Assembly: GCA_010015805.1 (NCBI GenBank)
Contig: ML978124.1
Coordinates: 1 to 64,000 of the forward strand
Length of the DNA stretch: 64,000 nt
Source of the DNA: Rhizodiscina lignyota
Taxonomy: Eukaryota
Reading direction: 5' to 3'
Made by a program: the position numbers and the translations under genes. The notes under the pieces were generated by a model. The model ran no database searches. It was given only the letters and a program-made list of their open reading frames with translations, and had not been told where the DNA came from. This document shows positions 23,785 to 35,664 of the stretch, piece after piece. The number at the start of each line of letters is the position of its first letter. Position 1 is the stretch's first letter.

Positions 23785-24710
23785 GTTGTTCGCTTTTAAG
23801 CTATTCTCTTTTGTATAACATGTACAACTGTTCCTCGTCCGCCATGAATCCTCAACGATTTTCATGTGATCTCAATACTGCCATGAATCTGAGCGTGATA
23901 AGCACAGTCAAGATAAACCTTAGCTGTTCGATGTACTTGAGGTTGTGAAACACCAAGAACTCTGTTGCGCATATTTCAACCGAGTAATGGTGGCTAGGGG
24001 GTTCCATTAACGAGTAATACGAGCTCCTAGTAGCTCGGAGCTAACTCAACATAGGTAAAGTGCTCGCCCCACGCTGCATGACATCTTCAGGGAAAAGTTG
24101 GAGCAACGTGCAAAACCAGAAACCGGACCTGAATATCAATGTAGTGGGCCCAAAACCGGGCCTCCTCGTAGTGTCTGAAAATAGGGCCCCAACATGTGCT
24201 CAACATGCTCACTTACTCTACTACAATACAAAGCCCGAACAGTTACCAAGAGCCAGCTATTATTGCACATCCCGGGCCTGAAATCGGGCCCATCAGTGTC
24301 ACGAGCATAATGAGTCCAGCATGGGACGAAGAGATGATTTTCACAGAATTTTATTAGTGTGATTGATTAACTATACATTTACTGTGCATCGCTCGAGCAT
24401 CCACGTCATTATCATCAGGGGGAAGCCTCCCCCAGCCAAATGTGGCGTGAGAGGGCTCACAAAGCAGAAAAGGAAAGGCGGAAAGCGTCCGCCGGCTGTG
24501 TGAGTACCTAGGTACAAAATCCAAAAAGGACCAAGACAAAACAAAATCCCACGCACTAGGCGTGATGTGGATGGAAGGTACGGATCGCTCCGTCATGTCC
24601 TTCCCGCTTGACCCATCTTTACATTCGCATATCAGCTCCAAACTCCATTAATCACCAGAATGCTGAGGGAACTCGAGCCCTCACTTGGTCAAGACGTTGA
24701 GGAAAATTCC

Positions 24711-27700
24711 TCAGTGAAAGATGACACCGAAGTGGAAGAGAACGACCAGGATAATTGCGAGGATCGGGAGAGCAGTGCAGAGAGTGATGCCCAAGTAGAG
24801 TGACAGCTGCTTCGGGACGCGGTTGACAGTCAAGATCTTCTCATCGGTCATCTTGGCGATCAGGGCGTCTCCTCCACCGAAGCGGTAGAGGATCAGGAGG
24901 GGTGGGAACACAGCGGCGCAGCCGAAGAGGAACCAGCTCAGAATCATGCGCCTGTTCTTCGTCTCGGCGTCGGTTATTGGGCCCAGCGGGATGTTGTACA
25001 GGTGCTGATCATGCTCGGAGGCCTGCTGGCGGAGCTGCTCGGTCACCGAGCGAACACCACTGGGAGTGTCGAAGAGAGGCGAACCCGTGTCGGAGCTGTC
25101 ACGACGGGCGGCGACAACAGGGGCAGGTCCGGCGAACTGGGAGAAGTGGGTGTTAACAGTCGACGTGCTGTGGTGATGCTTCCGGCTGATGGAAGGCGAA
25201 ATGGGTGAGACTTGCTTGTTGCGGACCAGCTGCATCTCGCGCAGCTCAGTTTGGCCGGACACGGAGGCACGCTTGCCGCTGTTGAGTGCAGTCTGGTGCC
25301 TGAGAGCGGCAAGACGGCGCTCCTCACGCTCACGACGCCTGATCTCGCGCAGCTCGACCAGGTTGCCAGTTTCGACGTTGCCGCGAGACGATGCCTTTGA
25401 TTTGGGCAGGAGAGGCGACGGAGCCTCGGCATGGGCGAGAGTTGGCGACTTTGGAGGAGGCGAAGACGGGAAGTACTTGGCCGTAACTGGAGATCCAGGA
25501 AAGGAACGCTGCGGAGACTCGAGAGGGGATACCGTGTAACCCTCTTGCTGGCCTTCTTCGTAGTATTGGCCATAGTCCACGTCTCTGCCATAGGCATCTT
25601 CTTCATCAGTAGGTGGCGAGGGCATCTGAACTAGCGGAGAGCTCTCGAATTGATGGACGGGCGTGCTGCTCCATTGAGCACCAGGAGTGCTGGAGTTGGC
25701 GAGACTGCTGCCGGCTTCGCGCATGCCAGTGCCGAGAGGTGTTCCAGTAAGATTCGCCTTTGGACCAAGAACCGTGAACTTCGAGAAGGAATCCTCGTGT
25801 GCGTGCTGGCTGACGGGAAGGGGGCTACTTGGGCCAGCCTCGGGCGAAACGGACATATCTCTCATGTTGCCGAGAACATTCGGGTCATTGTCGTAGATGA
25901 TGTCTTCGTTGGGTCCGGCCGTGAGAAGCTGGCTCATCGTGTGTGGTCCGCGTGTAGTGCCAACGAAGAAGTCATCAGTGTTCCAGGAAGTGTACTGTGG
26001 ACGCGTTCCAGTAGACTCGGTCGGCTCAGCTGCATGTGTTGGCTGCGCATTGTTTCCGATGATAGGTGAAGCCTGACGCGACCTTGGACTCTCTGCAAAC
26101 TCGACTGTAGGTGCACGTGTCGGAGTAGACTGTAAGTGTACTGAAGGAGTGCCTTGGAATGGGTGTTGGTAGCCTGGAGCCAATGGGGCAGGTTGATAGC
26201 GTGAAGAAGCAGCCAAGTCATGCAGGTGTTCCTGTTGTGCCGGAACAGTGGGGATAGCGTCTTCGCTGTAGTAACTGCTACGGTTATCTTGCAATTCACC
26301 AATGCCGTAGTTTGCGTGTGGCTGGAACATAGGCTGGGACACCATGAAAGACGCGTCGGAATAATCCGCCATGCTCGACATAGTTCCTTCCGGTTGGAGT
26401 GTCTGCTTGCTGTTGGATCCAACAGTCTCCCAATCGCCTTCACGGTATTCAACGCCTTCCTCTTCCTCGTCTTCAGTGTCCATGTCAGCATACGAGTGCT
26501 CACCAGGAGAGTCTTCTCTAGGCGGATGGCCCTCCATCGGAAACAGACGCGGCGAGTTGCCCGCCCACATCACTGGAACGCCCGAAGACTTGTAAGATCT
26601 GTGAGATAGGGGACTCGACAGAGGACTCGACGTGTTCGCAGCGCCGCGTGGGAACTCGATCTCAGCGCTATCTTCCTCATCGATGATCTGATTGAGCCTT
26701 CTTGGAGTCGTCGGCGTACGTCCATGAGCGAAATAGTCCTCAGGATACTCAGGAGCTAACTCGTATGCGTGGTTCGAGTGCGCGGTTGTCGGTCGGTTTG
26801 ACAGCATATCACCACTACGGCCACTTGCGCGGCTCAAGACTCGAGGAGTACTGGCAACAGCAGACGGTGAACGGATAGACGGCGAACCCAGAATCGGTGA
26901 ACGAGGATTCAGAGGCAGCGGCGACATGCGTATCATGGTATCCGGGCTCATTCGATCGATCTCGGCTTCATTATCATCTTGCACTCCCGGAAGAGTCTGT
27001 GATGAAGCTGTCGCTTGCTCGGACATGACATTCAAGCCAGATCCATTTCCACCGTTTCCTCCAGCAAACTGCTGAGACAAGAGCAGAAGCTGCCTTGTGT
27101 CACCATACGACTCGCCGGAAGTGATATCCGAAAGACCAGAGCCAGGGTTGAACTGAAACCTTGGTACGAAAGCTGGAAGCGAACCCATCAGTGGCAACGA
27201 AATTGGCGGCGGCACTCCAGATGAAGTGTGGAACACATGAGCACCAGGTACGAATGCGTGCATCTCTGGAGTCTTCGGGCTTGGAGATGAGCTGCTGTTC
27301 TGGCTGCTCATCGTTGTAGTGTTGGTGTTAAGAGAAGTGGCAGAGATCTGAGCCTCAGTTGGTGCATTACCGACCAGGTCGTGAGGCGAAATTTGAATGG
27401 CGTTCTCGTCATCATGGAGATCAATCAGCGAAGTATCCGTCACATCCGTGTCACCGTATTCATTGATGATGTTGTTGATGGTTGTGTCCTTCGTACTGGA
27501 CTCTCGATGCGCATGAAGCGGGAAAGAGGAATGGCGACTGTTACGACTGTTACGCTGGGGATCAAAGTCAAAGTCGAAACCGTGCACGCCGGCTTCGCTC
27601 GAGTAGTCGGTCTGGCCAGTGCGACGACCATACGGAACGCTATGACGCAGGTCGATGAGACTTTCGGGATACATCAATTCAGAGTCCTGTCGAAGATATG

Positions 27701-29363
27701 TCGAAGACGGATAGTGAGACTCGTAATCGCGTAGCGTATGCGCCATGCCAATATCTCCGAGTGATTCGGAGATACGGTTCGGATTGCCAGGGTCGAGATC
27801 GAACGGGTCATCGTCTGCATGAAAGCCATATGGAGCAGACTGGCTGGGAGCACCAATACCTGCGATGAGTTGCTGGCCTTGCAGATTTGTCACTTCACCT
27901 CCTTGCTGAGCAATAGCCTGGTTCATGACACGAAAGGTATCCATGCCTCTATGCCATGCCCTCGACAACCGATCTCTGATGCTCGTAGAACGCGCCGGGG
28001 TAAAGGCACCGCGATGGGGAGAAGTTGCAGGAAGGTCATCGTTCGAAGTAAGGGTCTGATACCCGACCGAGGTTGGAGTACGAGCTGGAGTACGAGCTGG
28101 AGTAGTACGCATGACGGGCTCCGGAATCTGAGGAAGATTGAAGTTGGACGGGGCAGGAACTTGGGGAAGATTGACGTTAGATTGGGTAGGGGATTTGCCA
28201 CTACGAATCGAACGCGTCGTAATTGACTCATGAGCCGAAGCAAAGTCATCGTACAGAGCACGACGAGATGGTGGTTGCATCTCGATGCCCTCAGCGTCGG
28301 TGTTACGACGCAAACGTGGCGCCATGTCGGCGCTCACTTCTGAGAGAGCAGCGGTGGCAGGATTGAAATAATCCGCGCTGTCCCTCTCGACGGGTTCTGG
28401 AGTTTCTATACATGATAAGAGTAGCGACTGATGCGGATTAACAAGGTCAAAGGACACACCACGATAGTGCAAGACAGTTGGGGGTGCCGAGTGTGGCTGT
28501 TGTTGTTGCGGAGCTGCCTCTTCACTCGAGCTTTGTTGTGGTTGAGTTGGACGCGTCAGCAACTCTGTTGTGGTCGCAAGAGGAGTTGGTTCGATTCTTC
28601 GAGGCGGCTGAGGAAATTTCGAAAGCGAAACAGTCGGTGAGCTTGTTGCAGGCCGTGCTTCAAGTGCAGGACTGCCACTGGCGCTGGCGGGCTGCGAAAA
28701 GGAAACGGTGGCAAACAGCTGCTCTGGCTGCGAAGCTTCCCGCCGCGGCAGGTGTTTGATCGACTTGAAATTCTTCGTGCGATCACGCAACCTGCTGCTG
28801 TCGAGAGCTGTAGCTGGAGTGCTGCTTGAGTTTGTAAAGAGCGAGGGTGTTCGTGAATGAGCGTGATGAGGTTGTGGTGGAGAGGCAGAAGCGAGGGAAG
28901 AGGGCGGCGGCGGGATGTGCGAAAAAAAAAAGGTTGGGCCGGCAATTTCCGCCGGAGGCAAAAGAGATTGCAGGCGACGCGTCGAGCGCGACTTTGAGGA
29001 TGACGATGGTTGCACAAGCGACCGCTGAGAAGGCACGCGTTCGATCACATTCAGCCCCGATGCGCCTCTCCTCCTCTTCAATCTTCTCTCACTGCTCACC
29101 GACGACCCGACCGAGCTTGGAGTCGCCTGTTGTTTTCGATATTCGTGCAGCGAAAGAGCTTGGCCGGGCGTGTGCGACCTCATCGAGCTCAGCGAGTGAT
29201 GCGGTGTGTGAATTGGAGTGATTGGAGTCGCGGCACGAACCGGAACGCCTTGATCGATCGTTGTCGGGATTGCTGTGTATCCAGTAGAAAACATCTTCAT
29301 TCGAACTCTGTCTCTTCTTCGGCTCGTAATTCCTATCTCCTTCTCAATCGTCTTTTCGTACAC
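24711..29363 (-). CDS. Very large Ser/Pro-rich, largely disordered protein with two C-terminal TM segments; start codon uncertain
   Basis: 1550-codon ORF with short conserved-looking islands (LSLHEYRK, HYRGVSFDLVNPH, GDWETV, LGPKANLTGTPLGTGMREAGSS) and a hydrophobic C-terminus (AVFPPLLILY; ILAIILVVLF). Confidence 0.75.
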   Translation of the reverse strand: MYEKTIEKEIGITSRRRDRVRMKMFSTGYTAIPTTIDQGVPVRAATPITPIHTPHHSLSSMRSHTPGQALSLHEYRKQQATPSSVGSSVSSERRLKRRRGASGLNVIERVPSQRSLVQPSSSSKSRSTRRLQSLLPPAEIAGPTFFFSHIPPPPSSLASASPPQPHHAHSRTPSLFTNSSSTPATALDSSRLRDRTKNFKSIKHLPRREASQPEQLFATVSFSQPASASGSPALEARPATSSPTVSLSKFPQPPRRIEPTPLATTTELLTRPTQPQQSSSEEAAPQQQQPHSAPPTVLHYRGVSFDLVNPHQSLLLSCIETPEPVERDSADYFNPATAALSEVSADMAPRLRRNTDAEGIEMQPPSRRALYDDFASAHESITTRSIRSGKSPTQSNVNLPQVPAPSNFNLPQIPEPVMRTTPARTPARTPTSVGYQTLTSNDDLPATSPHRGAFTPARSTSIRDRLSRAWHRGMDTFRVMNQAIAQQGGEVTNLQGQQLIAGIGAPSQSAPYGFHADDDPFDLDPGNPNRISESLGDIGMAHTLRDYESHYPSSTYLRQDSELMYPESLIDLRHSVPYGRRTGQTDYSSEAGVHGFDFDFDPQRNSRNSRHSSFPLHAHRESSTKDTTINNIINEYGDTDVTDTSLIDLHDDENAIQISPHDLVGNAPTEAQISATSLNTNTTTMSSQNSSSSPSPKTPEMHAFVPGAHVFHTSSGVPPPISLPLMGSLPAFVPRFQFNPGSGLSDITSGESYGDTRQLLLLSQQFAGGNGGNGSGLNVMSEQATASSQTLPGVQDDNEAEIDRMSPDTMIRMSPLPLNPRSPILGSPSIRSPSAVASTPRVLSRASGRSGDMLSNRPTTAHSNHAYELAPEYPEDYFAHGRTPTTPRRLNQIIDEEDSAEIEFPRGAANTSSPLSSPLSHRSYKSSGVPVMWAGNSPRLFPMEGHPPREDSPGEHSYADMDTEDEEEEGVEYREGDWETVGSNSKQTLQPEGTMSSMADYSDASFMVSQPMFQPHANYGIGELQDNRSSYYSEDAIPTVPAQQEHLHDLAASSRYQPAPLAPGYQHPFQGTPSVHLQSTPTRAPTVEFAESPRSRQASPIIGNNAQPTHAAEPTESTGTRPQYTSWNTDDFFVGTTRGPHTMSQLLTAGPNEDIIYDNDPNVLGNMRDMSVSPEAGPSSPLPVSQHAHEDSFSKFTVLGPKANLTGTPLGTGMREAGSSLANSSTPGAQWSSTPVHQFESSPLVQMPSPPTDEEDAYGRDVDYGQYYEEGQQEGYTVSPLESPQRSFPGSPVTAKYFPSSPPPKSPTLAHAEAPSPLLPKSKASSRGNVETGNLVELREIRRREREERRLAALRHQTALNSGKRASVSGQTELREMQLVRNKQVSPISPSISRKHHHSTSTVNTHFSQFAGPAPVVAARRDSSDTGSPLFDTPSGVRSVTEQLRQQASEHDQHLYNIPLGPITDAETKNRRMILSWFLFGCAAVFPPLLILYRFGGGDALIAKMTDEKILTVNRVPKQLSLYLGITLCTALPILAIILVVLFHFGVIFH

Positions 29364-31023
29364 CTTGTACCGTCTGTTGTGGCTCGTTCAACCGGGGATA
29401 TTATATACCACCGTGCATCGTCATCTAGCTCCTGTACATACAACGCAAGTCGAGCGGCACCTATATATTAAGGTTTAGCTGTCAATTCAGGGTACATCTT
29501 TGCATACTCTTACCAGAACCCCGTTTTCGTCTTGCACGCATTACGACATCCCAGTCCGGAGCTTTCGTCTGTTGTCGTGGACTTGCGATGAACTCGGCGC
29601 ACTGTAGCCGACTAAACGAGAGCAGTGACGTCGGCCGACCGCCGAGTCGTGAAATTAGCAATTACGGATGGGCCAACAGAGTCGCTGCGAGTCTTGTCCG
29701 GCAAAATCTCCCAGCGGCCAGCCACAGATGATCGAAATGCTTCGAGAAGAGAACGAGAAGGTCTTGGAAACTCCTACGAGGCTCGGGGCTCGATGTCCAG
29801 TGGAGACGAGAGGAAGGAGTGCGCAGCACGAGACTTCAGTAGGCACGACGCGTGCTTTCCTTCATCCGCAGCCGTTGGGATGGAATCGAGCAGGCGGAAG
29901 GAGCGTGGGAGAGCGATGGAGTTGGAAAGAGCCCCATCGTGCCTTTCCGGCGATGAAGAAGTTATCTGACATCCTTACCTAACTTAAGGCAAATGCAAAA
30001 GGTCCGAAGACACCGTCTTTTGGCTCTCTACACACCAAAACATGGGCCCGTCTCTTCAGCAGGACGAGTTTGCTGGACGTGAGAGGTTCGGCGAGTGGAG
30101 CCAGGGCTCCCAGGCTGACAACCAATCAGCGCGCAAAGGGCCAGATTTTCGCAACCCTTCGATGAGCGTTCCACACCACCGCATCCACATCACCGGCACA
30201 GCTGGCCAGTAGAACCCTCCAAGGCCAGCTAAGGAGCGGGCTTATGCTTGCCATTGAGACATAGCACCACGACCGTCCACGAGCTCGCCCAAGCTGTCTC
30301 CGCCAGCCACCAGGCCAATGTGGTGCCACGACGCCTTTGCCTCCCAAGAGAGCAGCAGGATCGGGTGACCTGGCCACTCACCAGCGGCCAGGAAGGCGTC
30401 CATGTCATTGGAAACAGATCTGCCGCTTGTGCAGGTTGCGGAGCCTCAAAACGCGTCAACGACGATGCATCTCGGGGCGACCGAACTCGTGGCGGCGGAG
30501 AAGACTCCTGGGGCGAACAATGACATGCACGACACCCTTCGGCCCGTTTTGCGCTGTGTGACCGCGCTTATGCAAGATCACGTCGTAAGGCTGAAGGAAA
30601 AGTCTCACTTTGCTACAAAGCCTTGAAGTACAAGCACTGCCGATGTCACCTCGTGAGCCCCGAGAGCTCGCGTACGAAGTCACTTTCTGTCCGCCATCGT
30701 ACACAGAGGATCTATTTCCGGGGCAGGAGTTGTGCGATACCGAGGCGATAACGACATTCAACGCTTTGGCCCTCTATAATCTCTGAAATATAGATTTGGG
30801 CCTCTTTAGGACATTTTTCATTTCTCGACATTACGAAGTTACGATATTAGTTTAGGGTAAAAACGGGATTTGCAGCAAAAGGACATTCAGCGCCCCCAGC
30901 GTCCCGGCGCATGAAATTGGATCGTATTCTCTTGGCGGATGAAAATATTCGAGAACATTGCCAATTCCAGTGCATCCACTATTTTTATCATGTCTTCTCT
31001 TTTGAAGTCCATCGCAAACACTA

Positions 31024-33765
31024 TCAATATACAAAGTACGTTTGCGTGAGTGGCAAAGATGTGGAAGGCTCGGCGGTGCACACCATCCCGTCCGCTTCAA
31101 CAGTCTAGCAAAGCATCGTTAGCATCGCCATTTCCCTTTTAAGGAAATTTCAGAAAACTCACATAGCTCTCCGGATCAACTTTCATCTTCGGTTGCAAGT
31201 CGTTAAACTTCATATCCTTCTTTCCAATCTTTCGACATTCCTTCACAGCCTCAATTCTCTTCCGTAAGCCGTACTTCTCCACAGCACCCGACTCAATACT
31301 CGCCTGCGACACAAAGGTGACGCTCATGCCCGGCACAAACGTCGCGAACATCGGCCTCATAATAATCGGCTCGACAGTCGGGATACTCGCGTTTGGATCG
31401 CCCATCTGCGCGTAGCTGATCATTCCGCTCTTCACCACCAGGCTCGGCTTCGTGCCGAAGTTCGCTGGATTCCAGATGACGAGATCCGCTAGTTTTCCGG
31501 GCTCAATGCTACCGATTAGATACCCCATGCCTTGCGTTATTGCCGGATTGATTGTGTATTTCGAAATGTACCGCTTCACCCTAAAATTATCCGCATCGGT
31601 GCCTTCATCTTCTTTCAGGGTACCACGCTGCACTTTGTTCTTGTGAGCGGTATTCCACGTCCGCAGGATGACTTCTCCGCATCGGCCCATAGCCTGTGAG
31701 TCGGACGACATCATGCTGATTGCGCCTAGGTCATGAAGAACATCCTCCGCAGCAATCGTCTCCGCTCTGATACGGCTCTCCGCAAACGCGACGTCCTCGG
31801 GAATATTTCTACTCAAGTGGTGGCACACCATCAGCATATCCAAATGCTCGTCTAGCGTATTTCTGGTATATGGCCTTGTCGGGTTGGTTGAGGATGGCAG
31901 CACATTGTCGTGTTCGACCACCGAGATGATGTCGGGGGCATGTCCGCCTCCGGCGCCTTCGGTATGATAAGTGTGAATGGCCCTGTTCTTGAACGCTTTG
32001 ATTGTCTGCTCAACGAAGCCAGACTCATTCAGCGTGTCAGTGTGAATGAGACATTGAACATCATACTCGTCGCACACTGAAAGACAGGTATCGATCGCAG
32101 CAGGTGTTGTACCCCAATCTTCATGAAGCTTCAGACCACAAACACCTGCTTCGCACTGCTCTTGCAGACCCTTCTTCATGCTATCATTGCCTTTTCCGGT
32201 AATGCCGAAGTTCAGCGGCAACTCATCACAAGCTTGCAGCATCTGCTTAATGTGGTTCGCGCCCGGCGTGCAAGTCGTCGCATTCGTGCCAGTACTCGGT
32301 CCAGTACCTCCTCCAAGCATCGTGGTGATGCCCGCAGCAATGGCTTCGTATGCTTGCTGTGGACAGATAAAGTGGATGTGGGTGTCGAATCCACCTGCTG
32401 TAACAATCTTGTGCTCGCCGGCAATCACATCTGTGCAGCTTCCCACAACCAACTTCGGATCTACACCATCCATTACATCTGGATTGCCTGCCTTGCCAAC
32501 ACCCGCGATGACGCCGTCCTTGATGCCAATGTCGGCTTTGTAGATACCACTCCAGTCCACGATCAGCGCATTCGTGATGACGGTGTCCAGGCACTCAGAA
32601 TCAGGTCGACCGGATGCTTGGCCCATGCCCTCACGAAGTGTCTTACCGCCGCCGAAGGAGCACTCGTCGCCGTAATGCGTGAAATCCTTTTCGACTTTGA
32701 TCCACAAGTCCGTCGCTCCCAAGCGCACGAGGTCGCCGGTCGTGGGGCCAAACATGCTGCAATAAGCTTCGCGGTCCATGGAAGCCGTGTCGATGTGCGC
32801 CGAGTCACCTGCTGGCTCTGGAGCGTGGAGGAAGCCACCCTGTTGCAGCTTTTCGACGATGCTCTCTGCGATGGATGTATCGAGAATATGACCCGGTGCA
32901 ATGCTATTGCCTCCATTGATGATCTGGTTCCCCCCAATCTGCACAAGCGTCACAGTCTTGCTGTCTCCAGGCTCGAAACGGACGGACGTGCCAGCTGGGA
33001 TGTCCAAACGGTATCCATGCGCTCTAATGCGGTCGAATTCAAGCTGCGGGTTAGTCTCGATGAAGTGGTAATGCGAGCCGACCTGGATTGGCCTGTCGCC
33101 CTTACTAACAACCTTCAACTGGATCCTCTTCCGTCCCTCGCTAAGCTTAATCCTCCCTTCCTTCACACAGACGACCGCTCCGGGTTGCTTCTTCGGCTCG
33201 TAGTCTGCTGGATCTGGGAGCGGGAATTTGTCCTGCGATGGGATAGGCAAGAAGCTACCATACAGTGCTTTCTCCAGATCCCCATCATCCGAGCTGACGG
33301 GATTGTGTACGGTGACAAGGTAGGTGCCGCTTGGAAACGTGCCCTCGATCATGAGCTCCGAAAGTGAACTCACGACTGATGGAAGAACATGTCGTCGGCC
33401 GAGCATTTGCTTGCCGATGGACATGAGATCGGCGACTGTGTGGTTGCCATCGCGGACGAGCTATTGAGGATGTTTAGTTGAATTTGTTGTTCAAGTGCTC
33501 GGACATGCGGAAGAAGGGATACCTCTTGCAGATTGTTCGCTATGAGTGCCTGTCCCTGTTAACACGGAAAGTCTCAAAATACGTTTATATTCATACCGTA
33601 GCTTCAGCATGATTTAATTTGACTCCTCTAGCCAGTCTTCTCTGTGCAAGAAGTCCCAATTGCGAAATCACGAACTTGTCAAGCTGTTGAACCTCTTATC
33701 AGCAAACGTTCGTTAAGGTCATTGCCTGGGAGTGGTTCGAATACCTCCTTTGGCACGAGATGCAT
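31024..33765 (-). CDS. URE1: Urease (single-chain eukaryotic gamma-beta-alpha fusion), 5 exons
   Basis: [17 protein letters not shown]...[81 protein letters not shown]. Last exon [26 protein letters not shown]. Confidence 0.98.
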
Positions 33766-34035
33766 ATTTGCACCACAATTGAGCGTCCTCGGTGTTACAG
33801 ACTTAGTTCCAAGCTCATGAAATTCCTTCAATTCCTTATTTGGACATATCCGGTGTGATGTTGGAGGTGAGCACGAGTAATGCGGGGCAGATAACCTTAA
33901 ATTCAGCCCCGCCAATGACGTCGCTGTAAAACCCCAGGCGCATCCTATTATTCGATTTAATCGAGTGATCTGGAATGCGGAGGCTAACATCACCGTTCGT
34001 CCAATGGTACATATTGAATCGAACAGTACATAAAT

Positions 34036-34326
34036 GTGGCATCATCATCCTCATCGCCCAGTTTTGGACTGGTTTTCGCGCCCGTGGGCTACGCCTCAGC
34101 TTCCGAGTTGGTATAAGATTTCTTCGAAGCATACCTCGCGGCTCCGATTATATTCGTCTTCTTCATCAACTTCAAGGCGTGGAAGCGCACGAGCTTCAAG
34201 CGCTTGAGGGACATTGATGTCACTAGCGGCAGGAGAGAGATGAAGCTGGCAGAGATCCTTACGGAGGAATGGGAGATTCAAGCGAGATGGCCGAAGTGGA
34301 AGAGGGTTTATAAGTTCTTCTGCTGA
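34036..34326 (+). pseudogene. C-terminal relic of a GAP1-like amino-acid permease
   Basis: IILIAQFWTGF, +1 frameshift at 34073-34076, then APVGYASASELV*DFFEAYLAAPIIFVFFINFKAWKRTSFKRLRDIDVTSGRRE...WPKWKRVYKFFC*. In-frame TAA at 34114; the 5' part of the gene is absent. Confidence 0.85.
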
Positions 34327-34940
34327 ATTAAATCATCAAGATGCAGAATGGGTGGGAAGGACATAAGGGCGGAAGTGGGGCAATAGCATTACACCCAGCC
34401 TTACGCTGGATGTGTCAAAGAAATTGCTGTGTCAGGAACTTGTTGCAAAGTATCTGGGCTCCTTATGTAAATATTGATCTTGGAAATATTCTTGTAAACT
34501 GCGCACTTGGCTCATTCATCAGAGGCGACTATATAAAAGGGAGTTGAAAGACTAACAATTCTATGTCTCAAACCGGCAGTGCTTTTTAGAACGAGCCCAT
34601 GGCTGCTGTCTTTTCACCTCTCCAAATTACTTTCGTTTCCGCAAGAAGTTCCCTCTGTGCGCTAAGCAGCATCAGCAGGTAATGATGCTCATCATCGGCA
34701 CTTCTCAATGGTGCACAACGACAACACAAACCAGCTTCTGAATGCCAGTCATTGCTTCCGGTGCTGCTGGGCTCCTCAGCGCCCTTTAAGTATGCAGCAT
34801 TATACTGAATTGTTTCAACGCCTTTGTTGTGCGCTAATGCGAGCTTGCCCAATAAATAGCACTCTGATTTATTTTTCTCCTTGGAGACATGTCTTGTATG
34901 AAACCATGTTGGGAATGGATTGGGGACGATAGTGTTGCAA

Positions 34941-35220
34941 CTAGCTCATAAAATCAGGTCGGCGGAAGTACCGTCTTCGGCAAATTTTCACCAATACCTG
35001 TTGAGTAGATGGCAATGGCAGCCAATTGAAATACTTTCGGCGATCTCCTCGGCATATTGGAAGGCTCAAGGCTGCTGCGACCAAGTCCTCAGACAGGCTG
35101 CCCGCATATTTCGAAGAGATATCTTGTTGATATTCACCCAACCAAACCAAAACTGAGGAAGCTTTGCTGTAGACTTCCCCATAATCTGCACCTGATGGCC
35201 TTGCTCCAAGCGTTCGAGGC
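34941..35220 (-). pseudogene. HET-domain relic
   Basis: EQGHQVQIMG, frameshift at about 35177-35180, then EVYSKASSVLVWLGE...LVKICRRRYFRR, matching the HET-6-type QVxxMxxIYxxAxxVxxWLG and YFxRxW motifs. Confidence 0.72.
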
Positions 35221-35664
35221 GAGAAGAAGATGGAGGGGAGCTCCGATTTCGGAGAATGGAGCGAAGACAATGCTGCAGCTGGGCTGTTCTGGCGAGAACA
35301 CGGCCTTGACGGTGAGATAGCTCTGCCAGTCGCGTTGTCGGTAACAAAAACTATAAAGCTATTAAGGTACTTAACTACCCATGCTTCCGGAAGCTAGCTT
35401 CCTTAGGGATGGGCTACCCGATCCATCGGACCATCTTATTATATAAGTCTAGTTATGGACTCGCGTTATTCCATAATGGATTACATCCCTGACCTTTTGG
35501 CTTAACTCAGCATGCCGAAGACCCGCCCCGACTCCCAAGACTCGTTAGAACCCTTCCGCAATTGCGTTAAAACACCAGTCCCCATTGGCACCTTTCTCCA
35601 CAGTCGATAATGACAATTCGAACATAGCAGCGTAGTCAAACTCTATACGATAGTCCTTGAAACA

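Noticed and set aside
24021..24070. Hairpin gctcctagtagctcggagc with a tRNA-like look
   Set aside because: No T-loop GTTCRA and no acceptor stem pairing.
29470..31000. Numerous short ORFs between the 1550-aa gene and urease
   Set aside because: GC-rich non-coding-like translations with no motifs; probably promoter or UTR.
32123..33367. 414-aa ORF antisense to urease
   Set aside because: Typical stop-free antisense frame of a codon-biased conserved gene.
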